64,000 bases of DNA from an uncultured Chryseobacterium sp. (GTDB lineage: Bacteria; Bacteroidota; Bacteroidia; Flavobacteriales_F; PHOS-HE28), in contig CAZYPC010000003.1 in NCBI GenBank assembly GCA_964649165.1, positions 11,430-75,429 of the forward strand, written 5' to 3'. The notes below the pieces were generated by a model. The model saw only the letters and a program-made list of their open reading frames with translations. It ran no database searches and was not told where the DNA came from. Shown piece by piece: positions 35,328 to 48,213 of the stretch. The translations under genes were made by a program, and so were the position numbers. Positions within the stretch are counted from its first letter, which is position 1; the number at the start of each line of letters is the position of its first letter.

Positions 35328-38300
35328 GTGATCAAACGCGTCCAACTCCTCTTCCCGGTCCTTTTCCTGGTCTGTTCAGGGGCATTCGGCCAGTTCTACA
35401 ACGGCAGTCAACAGGAGTTCGGCAAGAACCGCGTCCAGTACCAGGATTTCCTCTGGCAGTATTATCGGTTCCCGGAACTGGAGACCTACTTCTACAAAGG
35501 TGGCCGCGATGTGGCCCGCTTCGTCTCCATCAGCGGACACCGGAACAAGCGTGAGCTGGAGAAGTTCTTCGACTTCACCGTGGACGACCGCATCCAGTTC
35601 GTGGTGTACAACTCGCTCACCGACTTCCGGCAGAGCAACGTGGGCGTCACGGGCGATGAGCAGTACAACATCGGGGGAGTAACGCGCATCGTAGGCACCA
35701 AGGTGTTCGTGTACAATGAAGGCGACCATGATCTGCTGGAACGTCAGGTGCGCAGCGGCATCGCGCAGTTGATGATCGACCAGATGATGTACGGGGGCAA
35801 CTGGCGTGAGGTGCTGAAGAACAGCACCCTGCTCAACCTGCCGGAGTGGTACACGAAGGGCCTGGTGGCTTATTGCGCCGGTCCGTGGGACGCACGCAGT
35901 GAGAGCCGTATCCGCGATGGTGTGCTCGGTACGCGGTTCAAGCGCTTCAACCGGTTGGAAGGGGATGACGCGATGCTCGCCGGCCTGACCGTATGGACAT
36001 ACGTGGCGGAGACCTATGGCCCCAGTGTGATCCCGAACATCCTGTACATGACGCGCGTCAGCCGGAATCCGGAGAGCGGGTTCAACTACGTGCTCGGCGT
36101 CGGCCTCAAGCAACTGACACAGGAGTGCATGGACCACTACCGCACTCGGTTCGCCGAAGAGGATCGCCTCCGCGCCGAGGTGAAGATGGACGAGCTGAAA
36201 GTGAAGACGCGGAAGACGCGCACCTACAGCGAATTCAAACTGAGCCCGGATGGCAAGTACGCGGCCTGGGTGAGCAATGAACTCGGGCAATACAAGCTGT
36301 GGCTCTATGACCGCACCACGAAGAAGGCCAAGCGGCTGGCCAAGGGCGAGAAGAAGCTCAACCGCATCGTGGACAAGAGTTTTCCCGTGATCGCATGGCA
36401 TCCCACGGGCCGTGCGCTCACTTGGACGAGCGAAAAAAAGGGTGAGCTCTTCCTGACCACCTACACGCTCGACGACAGGACATTCACCCGCAAGCCTGTG
36501 TTCATGCTGGAAAAGGTGCTCAGCATGGCCTACAGCGAAGATGGCCAGAACATGGTGTTCAGCGGAGTGCGCGAGGGAAGGACCGATCTGTATCTCTACT
36601 ACACCATCGGCAACAGGCAGGAACAACTGACCGATGACCAGTTCGATGATCTCGACCCCAGCTTCGCCGACGGTGGTGCATCGATCCTCTTCAGCAGCGA
36701 TCGCCCTGATGACACGTTGCGCGCGAACACCGATGTGGTCTGGAGCCACCTGCGCAAGGACATCTTCCGCTATGACCTCCGCTCGCGCTCGAACATCCTG
36801 GCCCGTCTGACGAGTACCCCGGACGCGGATGAGCGGGAGCCGATGACCTATGACAGTGCGAACTACACGTACCTCAGCACCGCAGGGCATGTGACGGATC
36901 GCTGGCTGCTGCACTTCGACAGTACGATCACCGCCATCGACACCACGGTCCATTACCGGTACTTCACCACCGAGGCACAGGTAACGAGGCAAAAGCGCGG
37001 CATCGATGAGCAGGATGTCGTCGCTCGCCGGGGTTGGCTTTCGCAGCTCGTCTATGCCAACGGCAAGTATCACTTCCATGTAGGCGGCACCAGCGAAGCC
37101 ATGGCCCCGACCGGAGATGGCGCCGTTGGGCCTGGACCGGAACACAAGGAAAGCCCAACGGGCAGCACCATCACGGACGACATGAGCCCGGTGGTGAAGG
37201 TGGATCCGATCATCGGTCGCGACACGTCGGCCCAGGCTGTCGACATCCACAACTACCGTTTCGTTGATGAAGGCCCGGCGGCGCCGGGAACACGCCCGGA
37301 GAATGTGCCCCCTACAGACCTGAACAATGGCGTCCATATGGCGCAAGCGGCGGCCACGGATACCACGATGATCACCCGACTGGTCTTCCCGGAACAGCGC
37401 AACTACAACGTGAACTTCGCCACGGACGAGGTGCTTACCCAATTGGACAACAGCTACGAGGGGCGCTTCTACCAGAACCTGACGGACAATTTCGCTTTGA
37501 ATCCCGGCCTCAGCGGATTCACGCGCATGGCCATGAGCGACCTGTTCGAGGACTACAAGGTGATCGGTGGCTTCCGTCTGGCGCTGGACCTGAACAACAA
37601 CGACTACATGCTGCGCCTGCAGAATTTCAAGCGCAGACTGGACAAGGACCTCATCCTGCAACGCCGCGCGATCCAGGGCGTGACCGATGTCGGCGTGGCC
37701 AAGCTGCACACGCACATGGCCACCTACCGCATGACCTGGCCCTTCAGCGAACTGGCCAGCATCCGCGGTTCGCTGATCTACAGGTACGACCGCGTAGTGA
37801 CGCAGAGCACGGACAATGCTTCACTCGCATTCCCGAACCGCTACGACCAGACCGCCGGGGCCAAACTGGAATACGTCTACGACAGCAGCATCCCGCGCGG
37901 GCTCAACCTCTACACCGGGTGGAAGGCGAAGGTGTTCGCCGAGTACTATGTGGAGCCCGATGGCCAGAAGACCGATATGAAGGTCGTGGGCCTGGACGTC
38001 CGGCATTCATTACGCGTGCATCGTGACCTGATCTGGGTGACGCGCCTGGCGGGCTCTTCCGCACTCGGCAGTCGCAAGGTCCTCTTCACCCTAGGGGGCG
38101 TGGACAACTGGCTTTTCCCCAAGGTGGACCAGTCAACCCCGGTGGATCAGAGCCAGAACTACTTCTATCAATCCCTCGCCGTGCCGATGCGCGGCTTCTT
38201 CTACAACGCGCGCAACGGCAACAGTTTCGCGGTGGCGAACACCGAACTGCGTGTGCCCATTTTCCGGTATCTCCTGAACAAGCCCATCCGCAGTGATTTC

Positions 38301-38579
38301 GTTCAGAACTTCCAGGTGGCCGCCTTCGGTGATGTAGGCACCGCCTGGACAGGGACGGATCCTTATTCATCGGACAACTCCTTCAACAATCAGGTGATCC
38401 AGAGCAATCCGTTCGTCATCACCATCAAGAACCAGCGGGAGCCCATCATCTACAGCTATGGCTTCGGTCTGCGCACCCGCCTCCTGGGCTACTTCGTACG
38501 TGCTGATTGGGCTTGGGGCATCGACGATAAGCGCCGCCTGCCGCAGGTCTTCCACTTGTCCCTGAACCTTGACATCTGA
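35328..38579 (+). CDS. large exported protein with PD40/TolB-like beta-propeller repeats and a C-terminal Omp85-like beta-barrel-like region
   Basis: GTG start with signal peptide. Conserved N-terminal domain. LSPDGKYAAWVS and FSSDR PD40-type repeats. C-terminal alternating-hydrophobic strands ending FGLRTRLLGYFVRADWAWGI. 1083 aa. Confidence 0.55.
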   Translation: MIKRVQLLFPVLFLVCSGAFGQFYNGSQQEFGKNRVQYQDFLWQYYRFPELETYFYKGGRDVARFVSISGHRNKRELEKFFDFTVDDRIQFVVYNSLTDFRQSNVGVTGDEQYNIGGVTRIVGTKVFVYNEGDHDLLERQVRSGIAQLMIDQMMYGGNWREVLKNSTLLNLPEWYTKGLVAYCAGPWDARSESRIRDGVLGTRFKRFNRLEGDDAMLAGLTVWTYVAETYGPSVIPNILYMTRVSRNPESGFNYVLGVGLKQLTQECMDHYRTRFAEEDRLRAEVKMDELKVKTRKTRTYSEFKLSPDGKYAAWVSNELGQYKLWLYDRTTKKAKRLAKGEKKLNRIVDKSFPVIAWHPTGRALTWTSEKKGELFLTTYTLDDRTFTRKPVFMLEKVLSMAYSEDGQNMVFSGVREGRTDLYLYYTIGNRQEQLTDDQFDDLDPSFADGGASILFSSDRPDDTLRANTDVVWSHLRKDIFRYDLRSRSNILARLTSTPDADEREPMTYDSANYTYLSTAGHVTDRWLLHFDSTITAIDTTVHYRYFTTEAQVTRQKRGIDEQDVVARRGWLSQLVYANGKYHFHVGGTSEAMAPTGDGAVGPGPEHKESPTGSTITDDMSPVVKVDPIIGRDTSAQAVDIHNYRFVDEGPAAPGTRPENVPPTDLNNGVHMAQAAATDTTMITRLVFPEQRNYNVNFATDEVLTQLDNSYEGRFYQNLTDNFALNPGLSGFTRMAMSDLFEDYKVIGGFRLALDLNNNDYMLRLQNFKRRLDKDLILQRRAIQGVTDVGVAKLHTHMATYRMTWPFSELASIRGSLIYRYDRVVTQSTDNASLAFPNRYDQTAGAKLEYVYDSSIPRGLNLYTGWKAKVFAEYYVEPDGQKTDMKVVGLDVRHSLRVHRDLIWVTRLAGSSALGSRKVLFTLGGVDNWLFPKVDQSTPVDQSQNYFYQSLAVPMRGFFYNARNGNSFAVANTELRVPIFRYLLNKPIRSDFVQNFQVAAFGDVGTAWTGTDPYSSDNSFNNQVIQSNPFVITIKNQREPIIYSYGFGLRTRLLGYFVRADWAWGIDDKRRLPQVFHLSLNLDI

Positions 38580-38589
38580 CGAGCACCCA

Positions 38590-38958
38590 ATGGCTTTGTC
38601 CACCGTGCTGATCCTTGTCGTGATCGGCGTGATGGCCGGGATGCTGAGCGGCTTCGTGGGCGTGGGAGGAGGGATCATCATCGTGCCTGCGCTCATGTGG
38701 GCGCTGGGTTACACCCAGCATCAGGCCACGGGGACCAGCCTTGCCGTGCTGTTGCTGCCCGTCGGGGTCCTTGCCGTGTGGAACTACTACAAGGCGGGCA
38801 ACGTCAATTGGCAGGCAGCGCTCGTCATCGGCGCGGGTTTCGTCGCAGGAGCATACTTCAGCAGCAGCTACGCGCTTACGCTTCCACCGGGAACGGTGAA
38901 GAAGGTCTTCGGCGGCGTGATGATCATCGCGGCGATCAAGCTCATCTTCGGCAAGTGA
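38590..38958 (+). CDS. TauE/SafE (DUF81) family small membrane transporter-like protein
   Basis: About 122 aa with 4 TM helices and Gly-rich GFVGVGGGIIIVPAL motif (half-size TauE). Internal ATG of ORF 38569..38958. Confidence 0.5.
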   Translation: MALSTVLILVVIGVMAGMLSGFVGVGGGIIIVPALMWALGYTQHQATGTSLAVLLLPVGVLAVWNYYKAGNVNWQAALVIGAGFVAGAYFSSSYALTLPPGTVKKVFGGVMIIAAIKLIFGK

Positions 38959-40139
38959 TCGAACACATCAAAGCCGAAGCCGCACGCCGGCTTCCGGACA
39001 TCATCGCCTGGAGACGACACCTGCACGCCCATCCGGAACTGAGCTATGCTGAACGCGAGACCGGCCGTTACATCGCGGCGCGCTTGCGCAGCCTTGGGAT
39101 AGAGGTGCGTGAAGGAGTGGCGGATACAGGCTTGATCGGCGTGGTGTATGGTGGGAAGTCGGGCCAGGGATGCGTTTGCCTACGGGCTGACATCGATGCG
39201 CTACCGATCCAGGAGAGCAACACCTGCGACTATCGCAGCGTGAACGATGGCGTGATGCATGCGTGCGGGCACGACGCGCATAGTGCGATGGTCCTGGGAG
39301 CTGGGGCGATCCTGCACGCGCTGCGCGAACATTGGGGCGGCACGGTGCTCCTGCTCTTCCAACCGGGCGAGGAGAAGATCCCCGGCGGGGCCACCCTCGT
39401 GTTGAAGGACGACGCCCTGCGCGACCCCAGACCCTCGGCGATCATCGGACAGCATTGCACGCCGGAACTTGAAGTGGGCAAGCTCGGTTTCCGCGCAGGA
39501 CCGTTCATGGCCAGCAGTGATGAACTGTACGTGACGGTGAAGGGAAAAGGGGGGCATGCCGCGCAGCCGGACAAGCTCATCGACCCGATCATGATCATGG
39601 CTCATCTGCTGCCCAGGTTGAAGGCGGATTTCGCAGCGCGCTATGGTGCGGCGACCATGCCATCACTGCTCGCCTTCGGTAAGGTGGAGGCCCTCGGTGC
39701 CACCAACGTGGTACCCGATGAAGTGAAGCTCGCCGGCACGTTGCGCGCCTTCAACGAGGAGGCGAGAGCCGATATGCACATCTGGCTTCCCGAACGAGCG
39801 AACGCCATCTGCGCCGAGCAGCGGGGTAGCTGTGACTTCCGGGTGATGAAGGGCTATCCCGTGCTGGTGAACAACGATGCGCTCACCGCCCACATGCGCG
39901 CGGCTGCGGTGGAGCTGGTGGGTGCGCGGAACGTGGTGGATATGGATCTCCGCATGGGCAGCGAGGATTTCGCCTTCTACACCCATGTGATGCCCGGGTG
40001 CTTTTTCAGGCTCGGCACCGGTGTGCCGGGTGCTCCGACGAGGAACCTGCATACGTCGGCATTCGACATTGACGAGGAGGCGATGCGGATCGGGAGCGCG
40101 ATGATGGCGCTTTCGGTTTCGCACGAGTTGGGTTTCTGA
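38955..40139 (+). CDS. M20D family amidohydrolase (hippurate hydrolase / aminoacylase-like)
   Basis: GTG start overlapping the TauE stop (GTGA). HACGHD metal-binding motif and dimerisation domain. Frame is internal to track ORF 38697..40139. Confidence 0.8.
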   Translation: MIEHIKAEAARRLPDIIAWRRHLHAHPELSYAERETGRYIAARLRSLGIEVREGVADTGLIGVVYGGKSGQGCVCLRADIDALPIQESNTCDYRSVNDGVMHACGHDAHSAMVLGAGAILHALREHWGGTVLLLFQPGEEKIPGGATLVLKDDALRDPRPSAIIGQHCTPELEVGKLGFRAGPFMASSDELYVTVKGKGGHAAQPDKLIDPIMIMAHLLPRLKADFAARYGAATMPSLLAFGKVEALGATNVVPDEVKLAGTLRAFNEEARADMHIWLPERANAICAEQRGSCDFRVMKGYPVLVNNDALTAHMRAAAVELVGARNVVDMDLRMGSEDFAFYTHVMPGCFFRLGTGVPGAPTRNLHTSAFDIDEEAMRIGSAMMALSVSHELGF

Positions 40140-40195
40140 ACTGCCCCGTCGGCGAGCGCCGCAAAGGTCCGCGCTGCTAGCGCAGACTCTTGACA

Positions 40196-40360
40196 TCACT
40201 TGAGCAATAGCCACCAGACCACCACCCAAACACCCAGCACGAAAGCACCCGTGCGGAATTCGTCCATGTGTTCTTGAAGGTCCTCCTTGACCAACCAACG
40301 GTAGAGGAACCATCCGATGGCGAACGCCGACATCGCGATCGATCCGAAGAAGAAGGTCAT
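40196..40360 (-). CDS. small (54 aa) two-TM hypothetical membrane protein immediately downstream of recQ
   Basis: ATG 4 nt after the recQ stop. MTFFFGSIAMSAFAIGWFLY...GAFVLGVWVVVWWLLLK. Genome-like GC3. Not in the ORF track because it is shorter than 60 aa. Confidence 0.35.
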   Translation of the reverse strand: MTFFFGSIAMSAFAIGWFLYRWLVKEDLQEHMDEFRTGAFVLGVWVVVWWLLLK

Positions 40361-40364
40361 CGCA

Positions 40365-42554
<2,190 letters not shown>

Positions 42555-42789
42555 TGAGCTTGTGCGGCTGGAGCATGCCGCCGAGAATGTTTTGGCGCTT
42601 AAATGTAGAACACGGCGATGAAATCAACGAACGCTCCTTAACACGTCTTGTGATCCTTCCGACGAAGCGGTTGAAGTGAGCGATGGAGCTGTTGAGAACT
42701 GCCGATGCGTCGCACTGAGGCCTTACCGGCACGGGCTATCTTTGGCGCGGAGCCGTATCCACGGCGCACAGCCCGAGGGAACCGTCCGC

Positions 42790-43626
42790 ATGGCCGCGCA
42801 GGGAAAGGAAATGTCGTTCCTCGAGCACTTGGAGGAGTTGCGATGGACCTTGGTGCGATCGGCCTTCGCGCTGGTGGCCTGTATGGTGGGCGTCTTCGTC
42901 TGGATCGAGGATATCTATGACGGTTTCGTCATGGGTCCGTCACGTTCGGACTTCATCACCTACCGTGTGCTTTGCGCACTTGGCCGCCGTTCGGGCATGG
43001 CGGATGCCTTCTGTGTGACGGATATGAAGTTCAACCTCTTCAGCAATTCGCCGCAGCAGGAATTCATGATGTCCTTCAGCCTGTCCTTCACCTTCGGCCT
43101 GATCCTGGCCAGCCCGGTGATCATCTGGCAGCTCTGGCGCTTCGTGGCTCCCGGGTTGAAACCGTCGGAACGATCCGCCGTGCGCGGCACCGTCTTCTTC
43201 GTGGCCCTGCTTTTTCTGCTCGGGGCCGCGTTCGCCTACTGGGTGCTTGCTCCAATGAGCCTCCAGTTCTTCTCCACCTACTCGTTGAGCCCCGACATCC
43301 AAAAGATCTGGACGTTGGATAGCTACGTGGGGATCTTCAACAGCTTCCTGCTCTGGACCGGTGTGGCGTTCGAGCTGCCCGTGATCATGGTCTTCCTGGC
43401 GCGCATCGGGATCGTGGGTCCCGCCTTCCTGCGGCAATACCGCAAGCATGCGTTCGTCGTCATCCTCATCGTGGCCGCCATCATCACGCCGCCTGACGTG
43501 GTCAGCCAGATCATCGTCACCGTTCCCCTGGTCGGGCTCTACGAGATCAGTATTTTTCTGGCCGCACGGACCGAGCGCCGGCGCCTCGCTGTGGAAACCG
43601 CCACCAGTACCGCCATCGCGCGCTGA
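42790..43626 (+). CDS. tatC: twin-arginine translocase subunit TatC
   Basis: Internal ATG (MAAQGKEMSFLEHLEELRWTL...). Six TM helices. Conserved TatC N-terminal motif. Track ORF 42676..43626 carries a 38-codon non-coding-looking 5' extension. Confidence 0.85.
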   Translation: MAAQGKEMSFLEHLEELRWTLVRSAFALVACMVGVFVWIEDIYDGFVMGPSRSDFITYRVLCALGRRSGMADAFCVTDMKFNLFSNSPQQEFMMSFSLSFTFGLILASPVIIWQLWRFVAPGLKPSERSAVRGTVFFVALLFLLGAAFAYWVLAPMSLQFFSTYSLSPDIQKIWTLDSYVGIFNSFLLWTGVAFELPVIMVFLARIGIVGPAFLRQYRKHAFVVILIVAAIITPPDVVSQIIVTVPLVGLYEISIFLAARTERRRLAVETATSTAIAR

Positions 43627-43634
43627 CCATCCCG

Positions 43635-46129
43635 ATGTGCCGCCTGTTCCGATCATTGCCGCGTGCGCTCCCGGTCCTTGGTTCCTTCATCGCCTCCAGC
43701 CTCCTCCACGCGCAAACAACGCGCGTCACCGGCAAGGTCACGGACGCCAATACGGGTGAGCCGCTCCCCTTCACCAGTGTGGCTTTTCTCGATAGTCGCA
43801 TCACCACCTCCACCGACTTCGATGGCGTCTATCACTTCGACACCTACTACGCCACGGACAGCCTGCGCGCCACGTCGGTAGGGTACCGGCCGCTCACTTT
43901 CGCAGTACGGCGTGATCAGGCACAGACGATCGACTTCGCCCTTCACCCCGCGCTCGCCGACCTGCCTGAGGTGGTGGTCACCTACACGGAGAACAGCGCC
44001 TTCGCCATCCTGCGGCAAGTGGTGCGCAACAAGCCGGCGAACAACCGCGCCAAGCTCGCCGCCTACGAGTACGAGAGCTACAACAAGGTGGAGTTCGACC
44101 TGAACAACATCACCGAGGACTTCAAGAAGAAGAAGCTCTTCAAGGACTTCAACTTCATCTTCGACTATGTGGACACCACCACGAAGAAACCCTCGTTGCC
44201 GATCTTCATGACGGAGACGCTCAGCGATGTCTACTACCGGCAGGAGCCGAAGACGCGCCGGGAGATCATCAAGGGCAACCGGGTGAGCGGGGTGGAGAAC
44301 GAGAGCATCACCCAGTTCATGGGCGACATGTACCAGAACGTGAACATCTACGAGAACTTCCTGACGCTCTTCGGGAAGAACTTCACCAGCCCGATCGCGG
44401 ATGGCGGCAAGGCGCACTACGACTACCTGCTCGTGGACAGCAACTGGGTGGGACACAACTGGTGCTATCGGATCCGCTTCAAGCCCAAACACCTCCAGCA
44501 GCTCTGCTTCACCGGTGAGATGTGGATCAACGATACCAGCTTCGCCGTACGTCGCATCGATGCCGGCATCGACCCCGGCACCAACCTCAACTTCGTGCAG
44601 GACTTCGCCGTGCACCAGGAGTATGACGAGGTGGCCCACGAGGTGTGGATGCTCACCAAGGACGAGCTCTTCGTGGACCTCAATCCTTTGAAGGACGACG
44701 GCACGAAGGAGAACCCGCTGCAGGGCCTCTACGGCCGCCGCAACGCGAGCTACCGCGATTTCACCATCAACAAGCCGCGCGACGACGCCTTTTTCTCCGG
44801 CGTGAGCGAAGTGGTCGTGGACGTGGATCCGCTGAGCGAGGGAGCCGATTTCTGGGATCAGCACCGCCACACGCAGCTGAGCAAGCGCGAGAACGACATC
44901 TACCACATGGTGGACACGATGAAGCGCGTGCCCAAGTTCAGAACCTACCTGGACATCATCAGCACGGTGGTGACCGGCTACTACAAGGCCGGGCTCGTGG
45001 AGATCGGCCCGTATTTCAACGTGTACAGCTTCAACCCGGTGGAGGGCAACCGCTTCCGCATGGGCCTGCGCACCAGCGACAAGTTCAGCAAGCGCACGGA
45101 GTACGATGCCTTCGGTGCCTTCGGAACGAAGGACGAAGAGTTCAAGTACGGGTTCGGCGGGCGCACCTTCATCTCCAAGGAGCCGCGCCAGATCCTGGGG
45201 GTGCATTATTCGCACGACATCGAACAGCTCGGACAGAGCACCAGCGCTTTCCGGCAGGACAATGTGTTGAGCAGCGCGTTCCGCCGCACGCCCAACAACA
45301 AGCTGACAATGGTGGACGAGTACAAGCTCACCTACGAACGTGAATGGTTCCAGGGCTTCAGCACCACACTGCTGCTGCGGTCGCGCACGCTCTTCCCGCG
45401 CGGCGGCCTCAACTACAAGCGCTATGTGGATGGTGAGCCGGAACCGCTCAACGTGCCTTCCATCCGGACCGCTGAGGTGGCCGTCAACACGCGGTATGCC
45501 TACCGGGAGAAGTTCGTGAGCGGCACGTTCCGCCGGGTGAGCCTCGGCACGAAATACCCGGCTTTCGAATTACATGCGGCGTTCGGCCTTCCGGATGTCT
45601 TCGGCAGCGACTATCGCTACCAGAAACTCGTCCTGCGCGGCAGCCAACGCGTGCCCACCGGCGCGCTCGGCAATCTGCGCTACGCGGCGGAGACCGGCCG
45701 CATCTGGGGAACGTTGCCCTATCCCTTGCTCATCGTACACCCCGGCAACGAGACCTTCTACTTCGATGAGGGCGCTTACAACACCATGAACTTCTTCGAG
45801 TTCATCAGCGACCGCTATGCGAGCCTCTGGGTGCAGCAACACTTCGATGGCTTTTTCCTGAACCGCATCCCACTGTTCCGACGGTTGAAATGGCGCGAGG
45901 TGATCGGCGCGAAGGCCCTCTTGGGCGACCTCGACCAGAAGCACGCGAACGAGCTCGTGCTGCTGGACATCATGCGGCGGTTGAACGACGGCCCTTTCGT
46001 CGAGGCCAGTGCGGGTCTGGAGAACATCCTCAAAGTGCTGCGCGTGGATGGGGTTTGGCGATTGACCTACCGAGATTCACCCCGGGCGACCAACTTCGCG
46101 CTCCGGCTGAAACTGACGATCAACTTCTG

Positions 46130-46130
<1 letters not shown>
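43635..46130 (+). CDS. CarboxypepD_reg-like domain / DUF5686-type conserved Bacteroidota exported protein
   Basis: Signal peptide. N-terminal [19 protein letters not shown] carboxypeptidase-regulatory-like domain. 831 aa. Confidence 0.6.
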
Positions 46131-46861
<731 letters not shown>

Positions 46862-46950
46862 GGAGGTCTATGGTCCGAGGTCTATGGTCCTAGGCCGCTC
46901 AAGACGTGACCTGCATGGCCATAGACCATAGACCTCGGACCAGATCACGT
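46862..46950. repeat. long imperfect palindrome with internal tandem repeat (bidirectional terminator / REP-like element)
   Basis: GGGAGGTCTATGGTCCGAGGTCTATGGTCCTAGG...CCATAGACCATAGACCTCGGACC. About 25-bp arms. GAGGTCTATGGTCC present twice in the left arm. Lies between convergent lptB and purS. Confidence 0.55.
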
Positions 46951-46966
46951 CATGATCGAGTTTTCC

Positions 46967-47221
46967 TCACGCCTCTTCCACCGAGAAGCTGTACTTCTCC
47001 ATGATCAGGTTGGCGAGCAGCTTCTTGCACGCTTCATCCACCTTGGCCTCCGCCGTCTTCTTGTCCGCGGCTTCCACCTGGAGTGTGATGTGCTTGCCGA
47101 TGCGCACACCGGTGATCTCCGGCAGGCCGAGGTTGTTCATGCTGCCGCTCACGGCCTTGCCCTGCGGGTCCAGCAGGTTGTCGTGCGGCATGACGTCGAT
47201 GTTGGCTTTGAAGGTCTTCAT
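46967..47221 (-). CDS. purS: phosphoribosylformylglycinamidine synthase subunit PurS
   Basis: Internal ATG (MKTFKANIDVMPHDNLLDPQGKAV...). About 84 aa. Canonical PurS sequence. Confidence 0.8.
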   Translation of the reverse strand: MKTFKANIDVMPHDNLLDPQGKAVSGSMNNLGLPEITGVRIGKHITLQVEAADKKTAEAKVDEACKKLLANLIMEKYSFSVEEA

Positions 47222-47320
47222 GGTTGGAATGCGTTCACCGCCACGGCGCAACGAACTCCAAGGCAACGCAACATTCTTGTTGCATGGCGAATACCGTTGC
47301 GTTCGTGGCGACGTGGCGGT

Positions 47321-48103
47321 TCAATTCTGAGCGGGTTTCGGGAAAAGCTTGCCCCACACCGGGCTCAGCAGGTAGGTGATCAGGATCAAAGGAACGGACA
47401 GGATGCCGTAGAGCAAAGCGAGCACCACACCCATGCCGATCAGCAGAAAGATCACTTCGTTGCCCCTCCAGCCCTTGTGCTTGAACTTCAGGGAGGGGAG
47501 GGGAAGTTCGGAGAGCATCAGGATGGCCATGCCAATGGCGACCACAAGTACCAAGTTCGGAGAAGAGAGCAGGGTAGACGTACCCTCCACCAGCCAGTCA
47601 TGACCGGGACCGGGATGGACGGCTGTTCCGGTCGCTCCCAAGATCATCGAAACCCAGAACAGACCGTTCGAAGGGGTCGGCAGGCCCAGAAAACCGCTGG
47701 TTTGGCGCGTGTCCAGATTGAACTTCGCGAGCCGCCAGCAAGAAGCGATCACCAGTAGCATGGAAGCCGTGAACACCGGCCAATTCTGTTGCACAATGGG
47801 CTCCTCTACAAGGTGCGGAGGGGGATAAATAGTCCATCCCGAACCACTCATGCTGAAGAGTGCGAAGGCCGGCGCCACCCCAAAGCTCACCATGTCCGCC
47901 AGGCTGTCCAACTGAGCGCCCAGCGGCGTACCCCCACCCAAGGCCCGTGCGGCCAGCCCATCGAACACGTCAAAGACCGCGGCCAGGAAGATCAACCCAC
48001 AGGCGATCGTGAGTTGTCCTTGAGAGGCCAGAAGAATGGAGGCCACCCCGCAGGCTAGGTTCGCCGTGGTAAGCAGGTCAGGAATGCGCGGGAAGCGGGC
48101 CAA
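47321..48103 (-). CDS. CDP-alcohol phosphatidyltransferase (phosphatidylserine synthase-like)
   Basis: DVFDGLAARALGG...GAQLDSLADMVSFG CDP-OH transferase motif and multiple TM helices. Probable TTG start giving MARFPRIPDLLTTANL. Track ORF extends to 48295 with a GTG start. Confidence 0.55.
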   Translation of the reverse strand: MARFPRIPDLLTTANLACGVASILLASQGQLTIACGLIFLAAVFDVFDGLAARALGGGTPLGAQLDSLADMVSFGVAPAFALFSMSGSGWTIYPPPHLVEEPIVQQNWPVFTASMLLVIASCWRLAKFNLDTRQTSGFLGLPTPSNGLFWVSMILGATGTAVHPGPGHDWLVEGTSTLLSSPNLVLVVAIGMAILMLSELPLPSLKFKHKGWRGNEVIFLLIGMGVVLALLYGILSVPLILITYLLSPVWGKLFPKPAQN

Positions 48104-48213
48104 TCGGTTGGGCGCCAAGTCGCCGACAGGCGTGGGGGCGCGCGAAGTTGGGATAAATTCGACGCAATAAGGGAGGCCACCCTCTGTTAGAGGTTGCGTC
48201 AATACGCAGACGA

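Noticed and set aside
46952-47758. 268-aa + strand ORF spanning purS and pssA-like genes
   Set aside because: Antisense to two well-supported genes. His / Arg / Gln-rich low-complexity translation.
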